Source: a virus
Taxonomy: Duplodnaviria > Caudoviricetes
Reading direction: 5' to 3' (one strand)
Length of the DNA: 61,841 bases
IMG/VR virus record: IMGVR_UViG_3300036859_000137
Coordinates: 1-61,841 of that record
In this document: in pieces, positions 36,070-46,085 of the stretch
How positions within the stretch are numbered: the first letter of the stretch is position 1
Layout: the number at the start of each line of letters is the position of its first letter
The notes under the pieces: model-generated
Seen by the model: the letters and a program-made list of their open reading frames with translations, nothing else
Databases searched by the model: none
What the model was told of the DNA's origin: nothing
Translations under genes and position numbers: made by a program

Positions 36070-37842
36070 TCAGTTCGTCGCATTGATGTTGATCTGGACG
36101 CCAATGTACGGCGGAGCACCGGACAGAGTGGCACCCGCCGGGAACGTCGTCGGCATGGCCGACGTCGCTACACCCGTGGCCTTCCATGCATTGGCCATAG
36201 CTGCGGCTGAGGTGTACGGGTTCCCGGACGCATCGAGGTTGGGAAGCCCCACCCCGTTCCCGTCCCCGTTCAGGGTCACCCATGTCTGCGTTGCTCCGGC
36301 CGTCACAGTGAGCAAACAGATCCAGTAGAGCCCTGGATCCATGACCGTTTGAAAAGATCCGTTCCCGGAGGTCGGAGACATAATCAATGTATTCGCAGCC
36401 GTGCCGGTACTGAGGGGACCACTTGCGGCCGTCGGCTCGGAGATGATCTCTCCGGGGTAACCAGTCCAGCCGACATCGTCATAGATTCCCCACCGGATCG
36501 TGGAGGCGCTTCCGCCGGTCGCACCCGTCTTGATCGCAAGCCGGTTCCAGAATTCCGTGGCCTCCGTCACCAGCATGGGGAGAGCCCAGCACGTACCGGT
36601 CGGAGAAGTGGCGGTGACCGTCATCTCTGTGCCGGTCGTGGCGTAGCTGGTCGTGTGCCAACTGCCGGACTGCCGGGGTTTGCGCAGACCTCCCGCGCGG
36701 GGTGAGGGGACGTTGAAGTTCCGGGTCTGGTACGAGCTGGTCGGCCGGAGGTTCTTCCGCGCCGCCTGGATCGCGTCCACGATCGCAGCCGCGCCGAACT
36801 CGTTGGGATGCAGACCGTCCGAGAACAAGAGCGTGGCGTCTTTGTTGATGATCCCGTCCAGGTCGGCGATCTGGACCATGGAGTCGTACTCGGACTGAAG
36901 CGAGGCGAGCCGGGAGTTCAGGTCGAGGCAGTCCTGATCACGGGATGCCTCGGTACCGGTCCAGCTGGGGTAATTACTGGTGTAGCCGGTCGCGGTGAGC
37001 CGGGCCACATTGCACACGATGATCGGGGGAGGGTTCTTCGATTCCAGCCCCCAGTAATCGAGCATGACCGCTCCGCCACCATCCAAGGTGTTGACGGTCC
37101 CGGTGATCGTCTGCCCGGCGTTGGCGGAGGTGAGCCCGGTGAACCGCTTCGTCACCGGGCAGTGGGACACGGCTGAGGACGGAAGAATGTTGCTCGTGCT
37201 GGTCGTTCCGCTCACGCCGGTCGTACCGCCCCAGGTGACAATACCGCCGGAGACCCCGCCCGCACCGACCAGGGTCACGGCCACGACTTCGCCGTTGTAG
37301 TCGGACGGGAGGGTGAGCGTGAAGTTCGCGTTCGTGGTCGACGTGCACCAGTGCGCCGAGTCGCCCGAGGTGTACCCAACAGCCGCAACCGAACCGAAGC
37401 CCGCACCGTACGACGTCCTTGTGCCGACCTGGAAACCGTTCTCATAGATCACGGCCATACGCCAGCGAGAGATCATGGTCCGCATGGCGTGCTGGTACGC
37501 ATCCTTGAACTGCGTAGTGAACCCGGCCAGCCCGAGATCGTTGATCCCGTAGCAGAACAGCGCCGCACCGCCGTCGGCCACATACGGCCCACCGCGCTGC
37601 GGCTTCTTCGAGCCCTTGAAGAACCGGGCGAAACCGCCGGTGGAGTACCCCTCGATGCAGGCCCGGGATCCGTTGACGGCCCAGTTGCGCTTGTTGGTCG
37701 TCTCGGTGTCCATGGATGCGAAGAACAGCGCATCGGCCCGGCCGGTCTGATAGAAGGTGCCGAATGCATACTGCATGTACGAGTGCCCGAAGATGTTCCA
37801 GAAGTCCGGCACCTGATACGACGGGGGCGGCATGATCGGCAT
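36070..37842 (-). CDS. SGNH/GDSL hydrolase-domain virion-associated protein
   Basis: 'FGHSY', 'YGIND', 'SDGLHPN' blocks. Confidence 0.7.
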   Translation of the reverse strand: MPIMPPPSYQVPDFWNIFGHSYMQYAFGTFYQTGRADALFFASMDTETTNKRNWAVNGSRACIEGYSTGGFARFFKGSKKPQRGGPYVADGGAALFCYGINDLGLAGFTTQFKDAYQHAMRTMISRWRMAVIYENGFQVGTRTSYGAGFGSVAAVGYTSGDSAHWCTSTTNANFTLTLPSDYNGEVVAVTLVGAGGVSGGIVTWGGTTGVSGTTSTSNILPSSAVSHCPVTKRFTGLTSANAGQTITGTVNTLDGGGAVMLDYWGLESKNPPPIIVCNVARLTATGYTSNYPSWTGTEASRDQDCLDLNSRLASLQSEYDSMVQIADLDGIINKDATLLFSDGLHPNEFGAAAIVDAIQAARKNLRPTSSYQTRNFNVPSPRAGGLRKPRQSGSWHTTSYATTGTEMTVTATSPTGTCWALPMLVTEATEFWNRLAIKTGATGGSASTIRWGIYDDVGWTGYPGEIISEPTAASGPLSTGTAANTLIMSPTSGNGSFQTVMDPGLYWICLLTVTAGATQTWVTLNGDGNGVGLPNLDASGNPYTSAAAMANAWKATGVATSAMPTTFPAGATLSGAPPYIGVQININATN

Positions 37843-37844
37843 GG

Positions 37845-38246
37845 TCAGCTCTCCGTTCCGAGAGTGAAGTTCACCGTTCCGCTGCCGGAGGTCGAAGCGA
37901 TGATCGAAATTGCCAGCTGGCAGATTCCGTCCGGTACTTCATACCGGTCCCCGGAGTCGAGATACCAATGGGCATTGGTCCCGGAGGCCAGGGGCGCGGT
38001 GTTGTCGAACCGGATATAGACCCGGACCGTGCTCGCGTTGTAGATCAGCTCGGCCACCCGGGATTCGTCGGCCGCGATCTGTGACTGACTGGCCGTGGTG
38101 GACACGGTCCACGAGGTGGCGCCCGCCGTGCTGACGAGATCCGCCTTCGCGGTCCGGATGATCTGCTGAAGATCACCGTTTCCGATCTGGTGAGCGTCGA
38201 TGTTGGCGCCGGAACCCGGGGTGATCGCCACACTTGCATTCGCCAT
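37845..38246 (-). CDS. Hypothetical structural protein
   Basis: GGGAG RBS, within virion operon. Confidence 0.6.
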   Translation of the reverse strand: MANASVAITPGSGANIDAHQIGNGDLQQIIRTAKADLVSTAGATSWTVSTTASQSQIAADESRVAELIYNASTVRVYIRFDNTAPLASGTNAHWYLDSGDRYEVPDGICQLAISIIASTSGSGTVNFTLGTES

Positions 38247-38257
38247 GATTCACTCCC

Positions 38258-38593
38258 TCAGATGCTCGGCATGGGACCGACGCCGATCGAGACGTCGAAG
38301 TTGATCTCTACGGACTCGTACCGGTTCGTGCCGTTGCCCACGATGAATGCGGCCCGGTAGTGACCGGCCGTGGCGAACTCGTTCCCGGTGAAGGTGTACC
38401 GGGCCTTGCCATCGATTCCGGTGGGAATCGAGGCGTTCGCGCTCACCGCAATACCGTCGTGCTCCTGATAGTTGAACTTCGCGGTGAACCCGGTGATGTT
38501 GATCACCGTGCCGTTGGCATCGAGGAACTGATACTCCAGTGGAGACGGCTTCTCCCCGATCACGTAGGGCTCACTCAAACTGATCTTACTCAT
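38258..38593 (-). CDS. Hypothetical structural protein (Ig/BppU-N-like)
   Basis: 'INITGFTAKF', 'DGKARYTF...F.TAG.Y'. Confidence 0.55.
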   Translation of the reverse strand: MSKISLSEPYVIGEKPSPLEYQFLDANGTVINITGFTAKFNYQEHDGIAVSANASIPTGIDGKARYTFTGNEFATAGHYRAAFIVGNGTNRYESVEINFDVSIGVGPMPSI

Positions 38594-40581
38594 GGCTCCC
38601 TCCCACTGATCGCGGAGTCGGATTCCGTTCCTGATGTTGAAGATAGCGGCTGACGGCCGGAGATCGGTCCGGTCTCCTGACCACTGGCGGACACGGTCGG
38701 CTCCCGTCCGTAGACCTGGCCGATCGGCTCGCGTCCGGAGATCACCGTGGGGGTGCCGGTCTGCGGGAGGACGACCGAGGCGCCGAGAGCGGCAACCGCT
38801 ACGATCGCCGTGGCGGGGAGGGCGGAAATTCCGGTTAGCGACGATCGGCCGGAGATCGTCACTGCTGCCGTCCCCGCCAGCGCCCCTGCACCGGCCACCG
38901 GTCCGGGCGCGCTCATGAGGATCGCGGCCACCCCGGCGTTCGCCACGGTCGCTCCGGGAACGCTGGCCTGCTGAGCCGTGAAGCTCACCGGCGCGGCATT
39001 CGGAAGCATCGCGAGGCCGACGGCCGGACCCCGGGCCGACACAGAGACCGAGGCGGTACCGGGGAGAGCACCCACGGCCGCCAGGGAGCCGCGCGCCGTC
39101 AGGGTGATGGAACTGGTCGCGGGGAGGACCGAGAGGCCCGCAGAAGCGCTCTGAGCGCTTTGGATCACTGTTGCCGTTCCGGGGAGAGCCCCGAGAGCGG
39201 CCGTCGGGCTCTGCGCCGTAACGATCATTGAGGCCACCCCGGCAACCACCGTGGCGTCATTGGTGACATATCCCTCCGGAGCACCGGCCCAGGGGATCAT
39301 TCCGCCGTACGGATCATCCGGCAGGAAGAGCGGGACGGAAGGATCAGCCGTTCCCTCGATGACGATCACGGAAGGGGCCAGGCCCGCGAGGATGACCGGC
39401 GCGGCCGATGGGAAGATCCCGAGACCGGTCGTTTCCTGCTGAACCGATGTAGTGACCGAGGCGGTACCGGGGAGAGCCCCGAGCCCGGACGTGGCGTCCC
39501 GGCCGGTAAAGGTGACCGAGGACACCCCGGCCGTTGTAGCGATCCCCGCCGTAGGAATCTGCGCGGTCAGACTCACCACGGCCGCGCCGGGGAGCACCGC
39601 GATGCCGACCGAGGAATCCCGCGCGGTGAAGGTGACCGAGGCGGTACCGGGGAGACCGCCCACGGCCGCCTGCGGCGCGTTCGCTGTCAGGGTGATGGAG
39701 CTGGTCGCGGGCAGTGATTCAAGGCCCGCAGACGGCCCCTGGGCCACGAACGAGATCGCGGCGACTCCGGCGTTCGCGGTCGTGGCCACAGTAGTGATCG
39801 AGTCCGGCGCTCCGGCCCATGGCTGCATCCCGCCGGTGACATCGTCCGGAGTAAGCAGCAGGGGAGAAACCGCGTACGGATCATCGGCTGTGACCGCAGG
39901 ATTCAGACCGGTCTCGCCCGCTAGCGCGAGGAGCAGGAACGCGCTCCGGGTCGGGATCACGAAAGTGATCGAGGCGGTACCCGCGTCCACGATCACGTCG
40001 TGCTGCCAGTCGTCCACCCCGCCCCACGGAGCCAGGGCGACCGGATCCCTGCCCGGGAGGAACAGCCGGTCAAAATCAGCCGCGACCGGCAGACCGAAGA
40101 ACACCTGATCGATGTTGGCCGTCTGCGTGCTGGACAGACCGGAACGGAGCTGGAGGAACAGACGAGCCACACCCGCGAGAGCCGGAGCGGTCTGTGTGGA
40201 CTTGATCTCGGTCCAGGTGGATGCGGGGACAGTAGTGTCCGGCCCGGTCACAGTGCTGATGAACGTCGTGTTGTTCGACTGGTACCAGTCGTTCTGTGCG
40301 TGCCACACCGTGTTCGCCACGGTGCTGAAGACCCAGAACGAGTACACGTACGTCGTCCCCGGAGAGACGACCGGAGCGTTGCCGGTGGTCGTCAGGCCAC
40401 CCATGGCCACATCGCCCGCAGTGGCGTTGCGTGTGGTCAGGATCGACTTCGAGCCTTCGAGGAAGGTGCCGGATCCCTGGACGACCGAGGATGCGCCATT
40501 GGCGAAATCGGCCCAGTTGCCGATCGAGGTCTCTACCGACTGGTGGTTATAGCTGAGCAGGTTCCCGGGGATGAGAGCCAC
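38590..40581 (-). CDS. Fibre-like protein: carbohydrate-binding-like N-domain plus ~20-aa Ala/Ser/Thr/Val repeats
   Basis: Repeats such as 'LPGTASVTFTARDSSVGIAV'; C-terminal 'SGREP' repeats. Confidence 0.65.
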   Translation of the reverse strand: MALIPGNLLSYNHQSVETSIGNWADFANGASSVVQGSGTFLEGSKSILTTRNATAGDVAMGGLTTTGNAPVVSPGTTYVYSFWVFSTVANTVWHAQNDWYQSNNTTFISTVTGPDTTVPASTWTEIKSTQTAPALAGVARLFLQLRSGLSSTQTANIDQVFFGLPVAADFDRLFLPGRDPVALAPWGGVDDWQHDVIVDAGTASITFVIPTRSAFLLLALAGETGLNPAVTADDPYAVSPLLLTPDDVTGGMQPWAGAPDSITTVATTANAGVAAISFVAQGPSAGLESLPATSSITLTANAPQAAVGGLPGTASVTFTARDSSVGIAVLPGAAVVSLTAQIPTAGIATTAGVSSVTFTGRDATSGLGALPGTASVTTSVQQETTGLGIFPSAAPVILAGLAPSVIVIEGTADPSVPLFLPDDPYGGMIPWAGAPEGYVTNDATVVAGVASMIVTAQSPTAALGALPGTATVIQSAQSASAGLSVLPATSSITLTARGSLAAVGALPGTASVSVSARGPAVGLAMLPNAAPVSFTAQQASVPGATVANAGVAAILMSAPGPVAGAGALAGTAAVTISGRSSLTGISALPATAIVAVAALGASVVLPQTGTPTVISGREPIGQVYGREPTVSASGQETGPISGRQPLSSTSGTESDSAISGREP

Positions 40582-40607
40582 GGGGCCTCACCTCCGGGAT
40601 AGGTCGG

Positions 40608-41141
40608 TCAGCCGATCAGTTCCACACCGAAGTGATGGCATGTGAGAGTGTTCGACGCGGAGGACGTTCCCCAGGTGGCACCCACGGTGATCTGCTTGGC
40701 CGTGGTCGTGTCGATGGTGACCGTGGCGAGCGCGGTTTCCGGGATGGGCCGGTGAGTGACGGCCGTCAGGGAAGTCGCAAGATCGATCCAGCCCGCACCC
40801 ATGATCGTGCCACCGGTTCCGGTACTGCGCACACGGCCCTCGTACTCCATGGACCACTGCCAGTTCGTCGCGCCGGTGGTCGTGGTGATTGCCGAGGTGG
40901 CCGCAAGAGCGACACCGGCCACCGCACCGTAGTAGAACCCGAGGAGCAAGGTCGGGGTACCGGTGTTCGAGAACGTCCCGAACGCCCGGAGCCGGAGCAC
41001 CTGGCCGACGTCGAGCAGGTTCGCCGGAAGGACGATCTGAGGCACCGGAGAGACATCCGCGATGGTCGCCGAGGATGCGTAGGCCGCACCAGCAGTGACG
41101 TTGAGCGGCGGGACCGGGGCGACGTAGAGAGTGCGTGCCAT
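40608..41141 (-). CDS. Hypothetical structural protein
   Basis: AGGAG RBS, Thr/Ala-rich. Confidence 0.6.
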   Translation of the reverse strand: MARTLYVAPVPPLNVTAGAAYASSATIADVSPVPQIVLPANLLDVGQVLRLRAFGTFSNTGTPTLLLGFYYGAVAGVALAATSAITTTTGATNWQWSMEYEGRVRSTGTGGTIMGAGWIDLATSLTAVTHRPIPETALATVTIDTTTAKQITVGATWGTSSASNTLTCHHFGVELIG

Positions 41142-41151
41142 GATCTACTCC

Positions 41152-41643
41152 TCAGACCGTCGCCGTGACGATACCGGCCGCATTGAACACAACGGAGAAC
41201 GTTCCTGCCGTCACGGACTGCGCACCGCCGAACCACAGATAGCAGATCCCTTGGTCGGCCACCGTGTTCCCTGCGATCACAGTATCGTCGTAGATCAAAC
41301 AGCCTTCCACGGACGTCATGGTGATCGAAGCGGAGCCGGTGAGGTCGGCCGCGTCGAGCGTGACCGTGCCAGCCGAAGCCACGTTCGTCTTGGACGCCAG
41401 CGCACGGCCACCGGCCACCCACTCGGACGACCCGGTCTTCTCGTTACCAGTGGTCCAGACGCCGGTGTTGTAGCCGGTCAAACCAACGGCCGCCGTACGG
41501 TCCGGGGTAATACCGGACGCGAAAAGTGCGCACTTGATCGTGTCAGTGGCGTATCCGGTGTACGACGTGGCAACGCCGGTCACGCCTGTGAAGAGCGGGT
41601 TCTTCACCCACTCCTGGAAGACGTTGCTCGCGGTCCAGGCCAT
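41152..41643 (-). CDS. Hypothetical structural protein
   Basis: 'TDTIKCAL', 'VAGG.AL', 'LDAAD', 'GTFSVVFNAAGI'. Confidence 0.65.
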   Translation of the reverse strand: MAWTASNVFQEWVKNPLFTGVTGVATSYTGYATDTIKCALFASGITPDRTAAVGLTGYNTGVWTTGNEKTGSSEWVAGGRALASKTNVASAGTVTLDAADLTGSASITMTSVEGCLIYDDTVIAGNTVADQGICYLWFGGAQSVTAGTFSVVFNAAGIVTATV

Positions 41644-41658
41644 GATCTTCCTCCTAGA

Positions 41659-41973
41659 TCACGCGAGCGGAAGAGCTATATAGCTCACCGTGACGCTTGA
41701 CCCGTTCGTGTTCTTCACGTTCAGGGAACCTTCGTCTCCGCTGGTCGGGAAACTCGTGTCCCGGGGACGAAGATCGAATGTGTATTCCTTGTTGGGTAGA
41801 AGTTCGAACCCGTATCCCAAGTTGATCAGGTCCGATCCGCCGACCAGCACACCGGTTGAAGCGGTACGAACGATCACCCGAGACGGGCCGGTACCCGATC
41901 CGGTGATCCCCCATATGTTGGTCGTCGATCCGGCGCCCACAGTGATCGTGTTCGCGTTCACCACGCTGGCCAT
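41659..41973 (-). CDS. Hypothetical structural protein
   Basis: AAGGTGG RBS; MASVVNANT... Confidence 0.55.
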   Translation of the reverse strand: MASVVNANTITVGAGSTTNIWGITGSGTGPSRVIVRTASTGVLVGGSDLINLGYGFELLPNKEYTFDLRPRDTSFPTSGDEGSLNVKNTNGSSVTVSYIALPLA

Positions 41974-41974
41974 G

Positions 41975-42289
41975 TCACATCGCCACCTTGAGTACTGCCG
42001 TCGGTGCAAACACCGTGACGTCGTTCGAGCCGTCCGGCCGCTCGGTGATCACGGACATGATCGGACGCCCCCAGGCGTCGTACCGGACGATCTCGCCTGC
42101 CACGTAGTCCTCGCGGACTACGGAATGCACCCGGGACCGGGATCCGGCCGGAACCATGGGGGCGGTGATCCCCGCCAGACCCCGGCACTCGTGGTACCGG
42201 TTCGGAACGTTCCCGGGCGTGACCGCTTCCACCGGGCAGTTGGGGCACACCCAACGGACCGGCGGAAGCGTCAGCAGGACAGCGGCCAT
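41975..42289 (-). CDS. Hypothetical protein
   Basis: TGATCATG junction; 'W.CPNC...H.C'. Confidence 0.6.
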   Translation of the reverse strand: MAAVLLTLPPVRWVCPNCPVEAVTPGNVPNRYHECRGLAGITAPMVPAGSRSRVHSVVREDYVAGEIVRYDAWGRPIMSVITERPDGSNDVTVFAPTAVLKVAM

Positions 42290-42291
42290 GA

Positions 42292-42984
42292 TCAGAGGTT
42301 CGCCGTCGGGTCGGTTGCCGAGGCAGGCGGCGCCGTAGTGGTGATGTTCCATAGCCAGTGCTCGGTTCCCAGCAGGGTGATACCGGCGGGGAGCCATGAA
42401 GCGCTGCCGTTCTTGGCCAGCCACCCGTTCGTGGCGGTCGAGACTGCACGCGTCTCGCCCATGATCTCCAGTGTGGACCGGGCAAGCTCGATGTTGTAGT
42501 TACCGATCTTGGCCGCGCCGACGTTGGGCCACGCGTTGTAGATGTACTGCTGGAGGCCAGTGCTGGAGCACGCCCCGGAACCGGCGACCTCCTGCCACAC
42601 CTCCAGGCTGAACCGGTTGGACGATGCACCTTCGAGCAGGGCGAAGCCGTAGCCGGTCGTGGCCGGAGCCGTGCCGAGCGTGAGTTCCCTCATGCTCGAC
42701 ATGTAGGCCGCGCCGGTGACGTTGACCGCACAGAAGTCGATCGTGAGGTTGATCCTCTTCAGGATCGGGTCGTCCTTCTGGTTCACGCACAGAGCGCCGG
42801 AAGCGGTGCGCTCGAAGAACTCCACGCCGTCTTCGTACTGCGGATCCTGGCCCACCTGAGTGAAGGCGGAGTGAACCATCTGCATACCCGAGCCGGTACC
42901 CGTGACCGGGTTACCACAGCTGTCGAGCTTGACGACTCGGTAAACGCGCCCCTTGATCGGAGCGGCAACATTTGACGATGCCAC
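42292..42984 (-). CDS. Major tail protein
   Basis: 'IKGRVYRVVKLDSCG', 'ASGALCVN', 'FSLEVW'; follows the capsid genes as in cluster-B-like phages. Confidence 0.7.
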   Translation of the reverse strand: MASSNVAAPIKGRVYRVVKLDSCGNPVTGTGSGMQMVHSAFTQVGQDPQYEDGVEFFERTASGALCVNQKDDPILKRINLTIDFCAVNVTGAAYMSSMRELTLGTAPATTGYGFALLEGASSNRFSLEVWQEVAGSGACSSTGLQQYIYNAWPNVGAAKIGNYNIELARSTLEIMGETRAVSTATNGWLAKNGSASWLPAGITLLGTEHWLWNITTTAPPASATDPTANL

Positions 42985-42996
42985 GTCTTCAACTCC

Positions 42997-43914
42997 TTAT
43001 GTGGGCACGCCGAGCTGGATTTGCGTAGCGAACAGGGCGCACTCGAACCCGAGCACGTAGACCTGCTGAGCCACCATGTGATGCGTGTTTTCGGACCGGT
43101 CGAACAGCTCGTTGAGTGAGCCCATCTCGACCGACGCCTGATAGCCGAACACGGCACCGGTTCCGTAGATCCACGTGGTTCCGGCCGCCGGGGCAACCCC
43201 TGCGGGGCTTGATCCGGTATACCCATGACCGACGACCACCCGGTTACCGGCGTGGGTGTAGAGCCCGCCATCGCGGTCATCGACGAGATCCCACGCAACA
43301 AAGGTGGGAAGCGCCGTGGTCGGGATATGGATCACTCCGACCCCGTGGTACGCACCGGCGAGAGCCCCCTGAAGCTGCCCGAGACCATCGGCCACATCAG
43401 TCGTCGCACCGCCGGAGGCCGACATGTTGGCCGTGGGCTGGAGAGTGATCGACGAGTCGTTGGGATCGAGTAGGGCCACATTCGCGGCCAGGTGGGGGAA
43501 CACCGTGGTCTGGGCAATGTTCCCGGTCCGGGTCTTACCGGCCGTGCCGGTCCAGAACGCCCGCTCCAACTGGAAGTTCCGGATCTTGTCGAGTGCCTCG
43601 TCCGCGATCGACTGGGCATCGATCAGGCCGACCGGGGAGCAGTCGAACTCCGCATAGCAGGCGAACGGGGTAGCTCCCCGGTTCGTCTGCGTGATGTTGG
43701 ACGCCATGGCTGCCTGAGCAGTCGGCGATCCGCCGGAGCCGGTGACCGCGATGCACTCCTCGTACAGGGTGTCGCCGTTCCCGCACCGGTCGATCCACGT
43801 GATCCCGTTCTGCCAGTGGTTCGTGTCGGCCGTCGGCTTCTGGACCGCGTCCCACAGACCGTACGGGAGCGGGGTGAACGTAGGGCTGTCGACGACCACT
43901 CGGGGTCCAGCCAT
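42997..43914 (-). CDS. Second capsid protein (pentamer-type)
   Basis: 'PYGLW', 'HWQNG', 'PFACY...C', 'LERAFW', 'GN.VV.G.GY', 'WIYGTG'; follows main capsid gene. Confidence 0.7.
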   Translation of the reverse strand: MAGPRVVVDSPTFTPLPYGLWDAVQKPTADTNHWQNGITWIDRCGNGDTLYEECIAVTGSGGSPTAQAAMASNITQTNRGATPFACYAEFDCSPVGLIDAQSIADEALDKIRNFQLERAFWTGTAGKTRTGNIAQTTVFPHLAANVALLDPNDSSITLQPTANMSASGGATTDVADGLGQLQGALAGAYHGVGVIHIPTTALPTFVAWDLVDDRDGGLYTHAGNRVVVGHGYTGSSPAGVAPAAGTTWIYGTGAVFGYQASVEMGSLNELFDRSENTHHMVAQQVYVLGFECALFATQIQLGVPT

Positions 43915-43985
43915 GATTCACCGCCTTCCCTTGATCGGTTCCGGGGAGGCGGTGAATCCTCCCCGGAACGTGAGGACGACGATGA

Positions 43986-45767
43986 TCAGAGCTGAGCACC
44001 AGCGGCGAGGTCGGCCGTACCGGAACCGGCGACACCGTAGGTGATCGTGTACTTGCGGGACTCGTGACCGACCTTGGCGATCATGTGCGTCTCCTCGGCC
44101 CATGCCGCCGTGAAGTCGTTCTCGGCATTGAGAACAGAGTCACGGACCACTCCGAGATCGAGGGACATGCCCTGACCGTGGAGGAACGTGCCGGGCGCGT
44201 AGATCAGCATGTCGACCGCCGTCGGCCACGTGACCAGGGTGGTGACGTTGAGACCGAACTGAGCGGTACCGCGTACCTGGTAGTCGCTCACGAACTGGGC
44301 CCGCACACCACGGTCCGTGAAGTAGCCACGGAGCACGGAGTCCGGAACCGACTCGCGTTCGACCTTGGTCCTCCAGCACAGGTCCGCGCGCATGACCGCG
44401 AGGATCCAGCGGGGCAGGATCACTTCGAGCACCGCGTCTTCCGCCATGGCGAACTTGTTGCGGTAGTCGGTCGCGGCCAGCTCAACGCCGTCCAGGATCG
44501 TTTGGAACGCAGGCTTGCCCGCGAGACCGAGACCCGAGTAGGCCGTCGATCCGGATGCCACGAGGGAGATCAGCCGGGCGTTGATCGCGTGCGCGTAGGC
44601 CATGCGAAGCAGGCGGAGGAAGTTCTGCGTCTGCTCGGGGTATGCCGAGTCCGTGAGGTTGCCCGCCGTCAGGGTGAGGCCGTACGCCTCAAGACGCCCC
44701 GAGGTGAACGAGGAGCAGGGAACGCGGAGGGTCGGCTTGTTGACCGAGCCGGTGACGGTGAGGATGTCGTCCGTTTCGGACCACAGCCACGGGTCGGAAG
44801 TGTTCGCGAAGCTGAACGCGAAGCCACCGAAACCGGATGCCGGGTTCGAGCCACCGGCCTGGAAGAACACGTCACCGATCGCCGGGCTGACCGGCCACTG
44901 GAGACCGCCGCGCGTGACGCCGACGGTGGGCAGGTCGAGCAGGCCCGTGGGCTCATCCGCGATGTTGAAGAAGTTGTAGCGGATCTCGTTCGGTGCACAC
45001 CAGCCACCGGCCGCCGTCAGTGCCGGAGAATCCGGCTCTGACATCATGGCGTCGATCTTCTCCTGGAGCACATACGGATTGGTGTTCATGTCCGCCGTGT
45101 GACGGAACTCGTTCGAGATCGTCGCCACCTTGTGGCGCGGCGCGCTGTTGCCGAGCTGGGTGGTCGGGATGTCGTTCGCCATCCGCGTGAACGCAGCGCC
45201 GAGACCTTCGAGTGAGGTCAGCGCGTTGCCGGTACCGGCCGCCGTGACAGCGAGCTTCGCCTCCGGCGCCTTTACCTTGGGAGCCGCCTGCTGAGTGGCT
45301 CCGAGGGAGGCCGCCGCGCGCTCCGTGACCTGGGTGAAGCTGGCCGAACGATTCTGCCCGAACATCTTCGTGAACGCGTCCGTGACACCGCGTGCCGCTG
45401 CCGCCGCGATCGCCTCGTCGTGCTCCAGGTCGGACCGGGCTGCCTGTACGGCCGCCTCGGGAGTGCCCTCGGCCGGACCGTTGATCGACTCGTTGATCTC
45501 GTTGATCACGCGCTCGGCCTTGAGCTTTGCGGCTGCGGCCGTGTTCTTGGCGCGGACCTCACGGGCTGCCTGCTCGGCCTTGACCTTGCTCAGGCCGTCG
45601 CGCAGCTCGAACGCGTACGTGAGGTCGGCCTCTTCGTAGTTGCCGGGACCCTTGTCGCGGACCTCGTTGAACGCCGCGAGAACCTGATCGTGCAGTTCCT
45701 GAAGTTCGGCGTCACCGAGCGGAATCAGGTCACCCGGGACAGTGATGCGTTCGAGCGGCTCGGGCAC
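43986..45767 (-). CDS. Major capsid protein (hexamer-type, with N-terminal scaffold domain)
   Basis: Coiled-coil N-terminus; 'LTAAGGWCAPNE..Y', 'LLDLP.V.V.RGG', 'LDLGVVRDS.LN..ND'. Confidence 0.85.
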   Translation of the reverse strand: MPEPLERITVPGDLIPLGDAELQELHDQVLAAFNEVRDKGPGNYEEADLTYAFELRDGLSKVKAEQAAREVRAKNTAAAAKLKAERVINEINESINGPAEGTPEAAVQAARSDLEHDEAIAAAAARGVTDAFTKMFGQNRSASFTQVTERAAASLGATQQAAPKVKAPEAKLAVTAAGTGNALTSLEGLGAAFTRMANDIPTTQLGNSAPRHKVATISNEFRHTADMNTNPYVLQEKIDAMMSEPDSPALTAAGGWCAPNEIRYNFFNIADEPTGLLDLPTVGVTRGGLQWPVSPAIGDVFFQAGGSNPASGFGGFAFSFANTSDPWLWSETDDILTVTGSVNKPTLRVPCSSFTSGRLEAYGLTLTAGNLTDSAYPEQTQNFLRLLRMAYAHAINARLISLVASGSTAYSGLGLAGKPAFQTILDGVELAATDYRNKFAMAEDAVLEVILPRWILAVMRADLCWRTKVERESVPDSVLRGYFTDRGVRAQFVSDYQVRGTAQFGLNVTTLVTWPTAVDMLIYAPGTFLHGQGMSLDLGVVRDSVLNAENDFTAAWAEETHMIAKVGHESRKYTITYGVAGSGTADLAAGAQL

Positions 45768-45975
45768 TGTGACCTCCGAAGTGAGCCGGAACAGGTGATG
45801 ATGTTGCTCGGCCGCAAGGTAGCAGTAAAAATCCGGATCACCAAAGATCGTCTATGCTTTGATCGATCCGGTGAAACCACAGGTCAGGGCAGCAGTGAGC
45901 CCTCACGGGCGAACGAGGAGACGCCTGCGAGGGCTCACTTTCACGGGGCCGGACCGACCAAGGCGGCCCCGGGTC

Positions 45976-46083
45976 TCACTGCTGGGGCTGCGCCGGAGGC
46001 TGCTCTCCGCCGACGGGCGGGGGCGGCGGGGGCGGGGGAACCTGCCCACCACATCCGCATCCGAGTTCTATGACGATACGCAT
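45976..46083 (-). CDS. 35-aa peptide with GCGCGG and poly-Pro
   Basis: MRIVIELGCGCGGQVPPPPPPPPVGGEQPPAQPQQ; TGATCATG junction and GGGAG RBS after protease gene. Confidence 0.55.
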   Translation of the reverse strand: MRIVIELGCGCGGQVPPPPPPPPVGGEQPPAQPQQ

Positions 46084-46085
46084 GA

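Noticed and set aside
39040-39660. DNA repeats ACCGAGGCGGTACCGGGGAGA
   Set aside because: Explained by the protein-level LPGTASV repeats of 38590-40581
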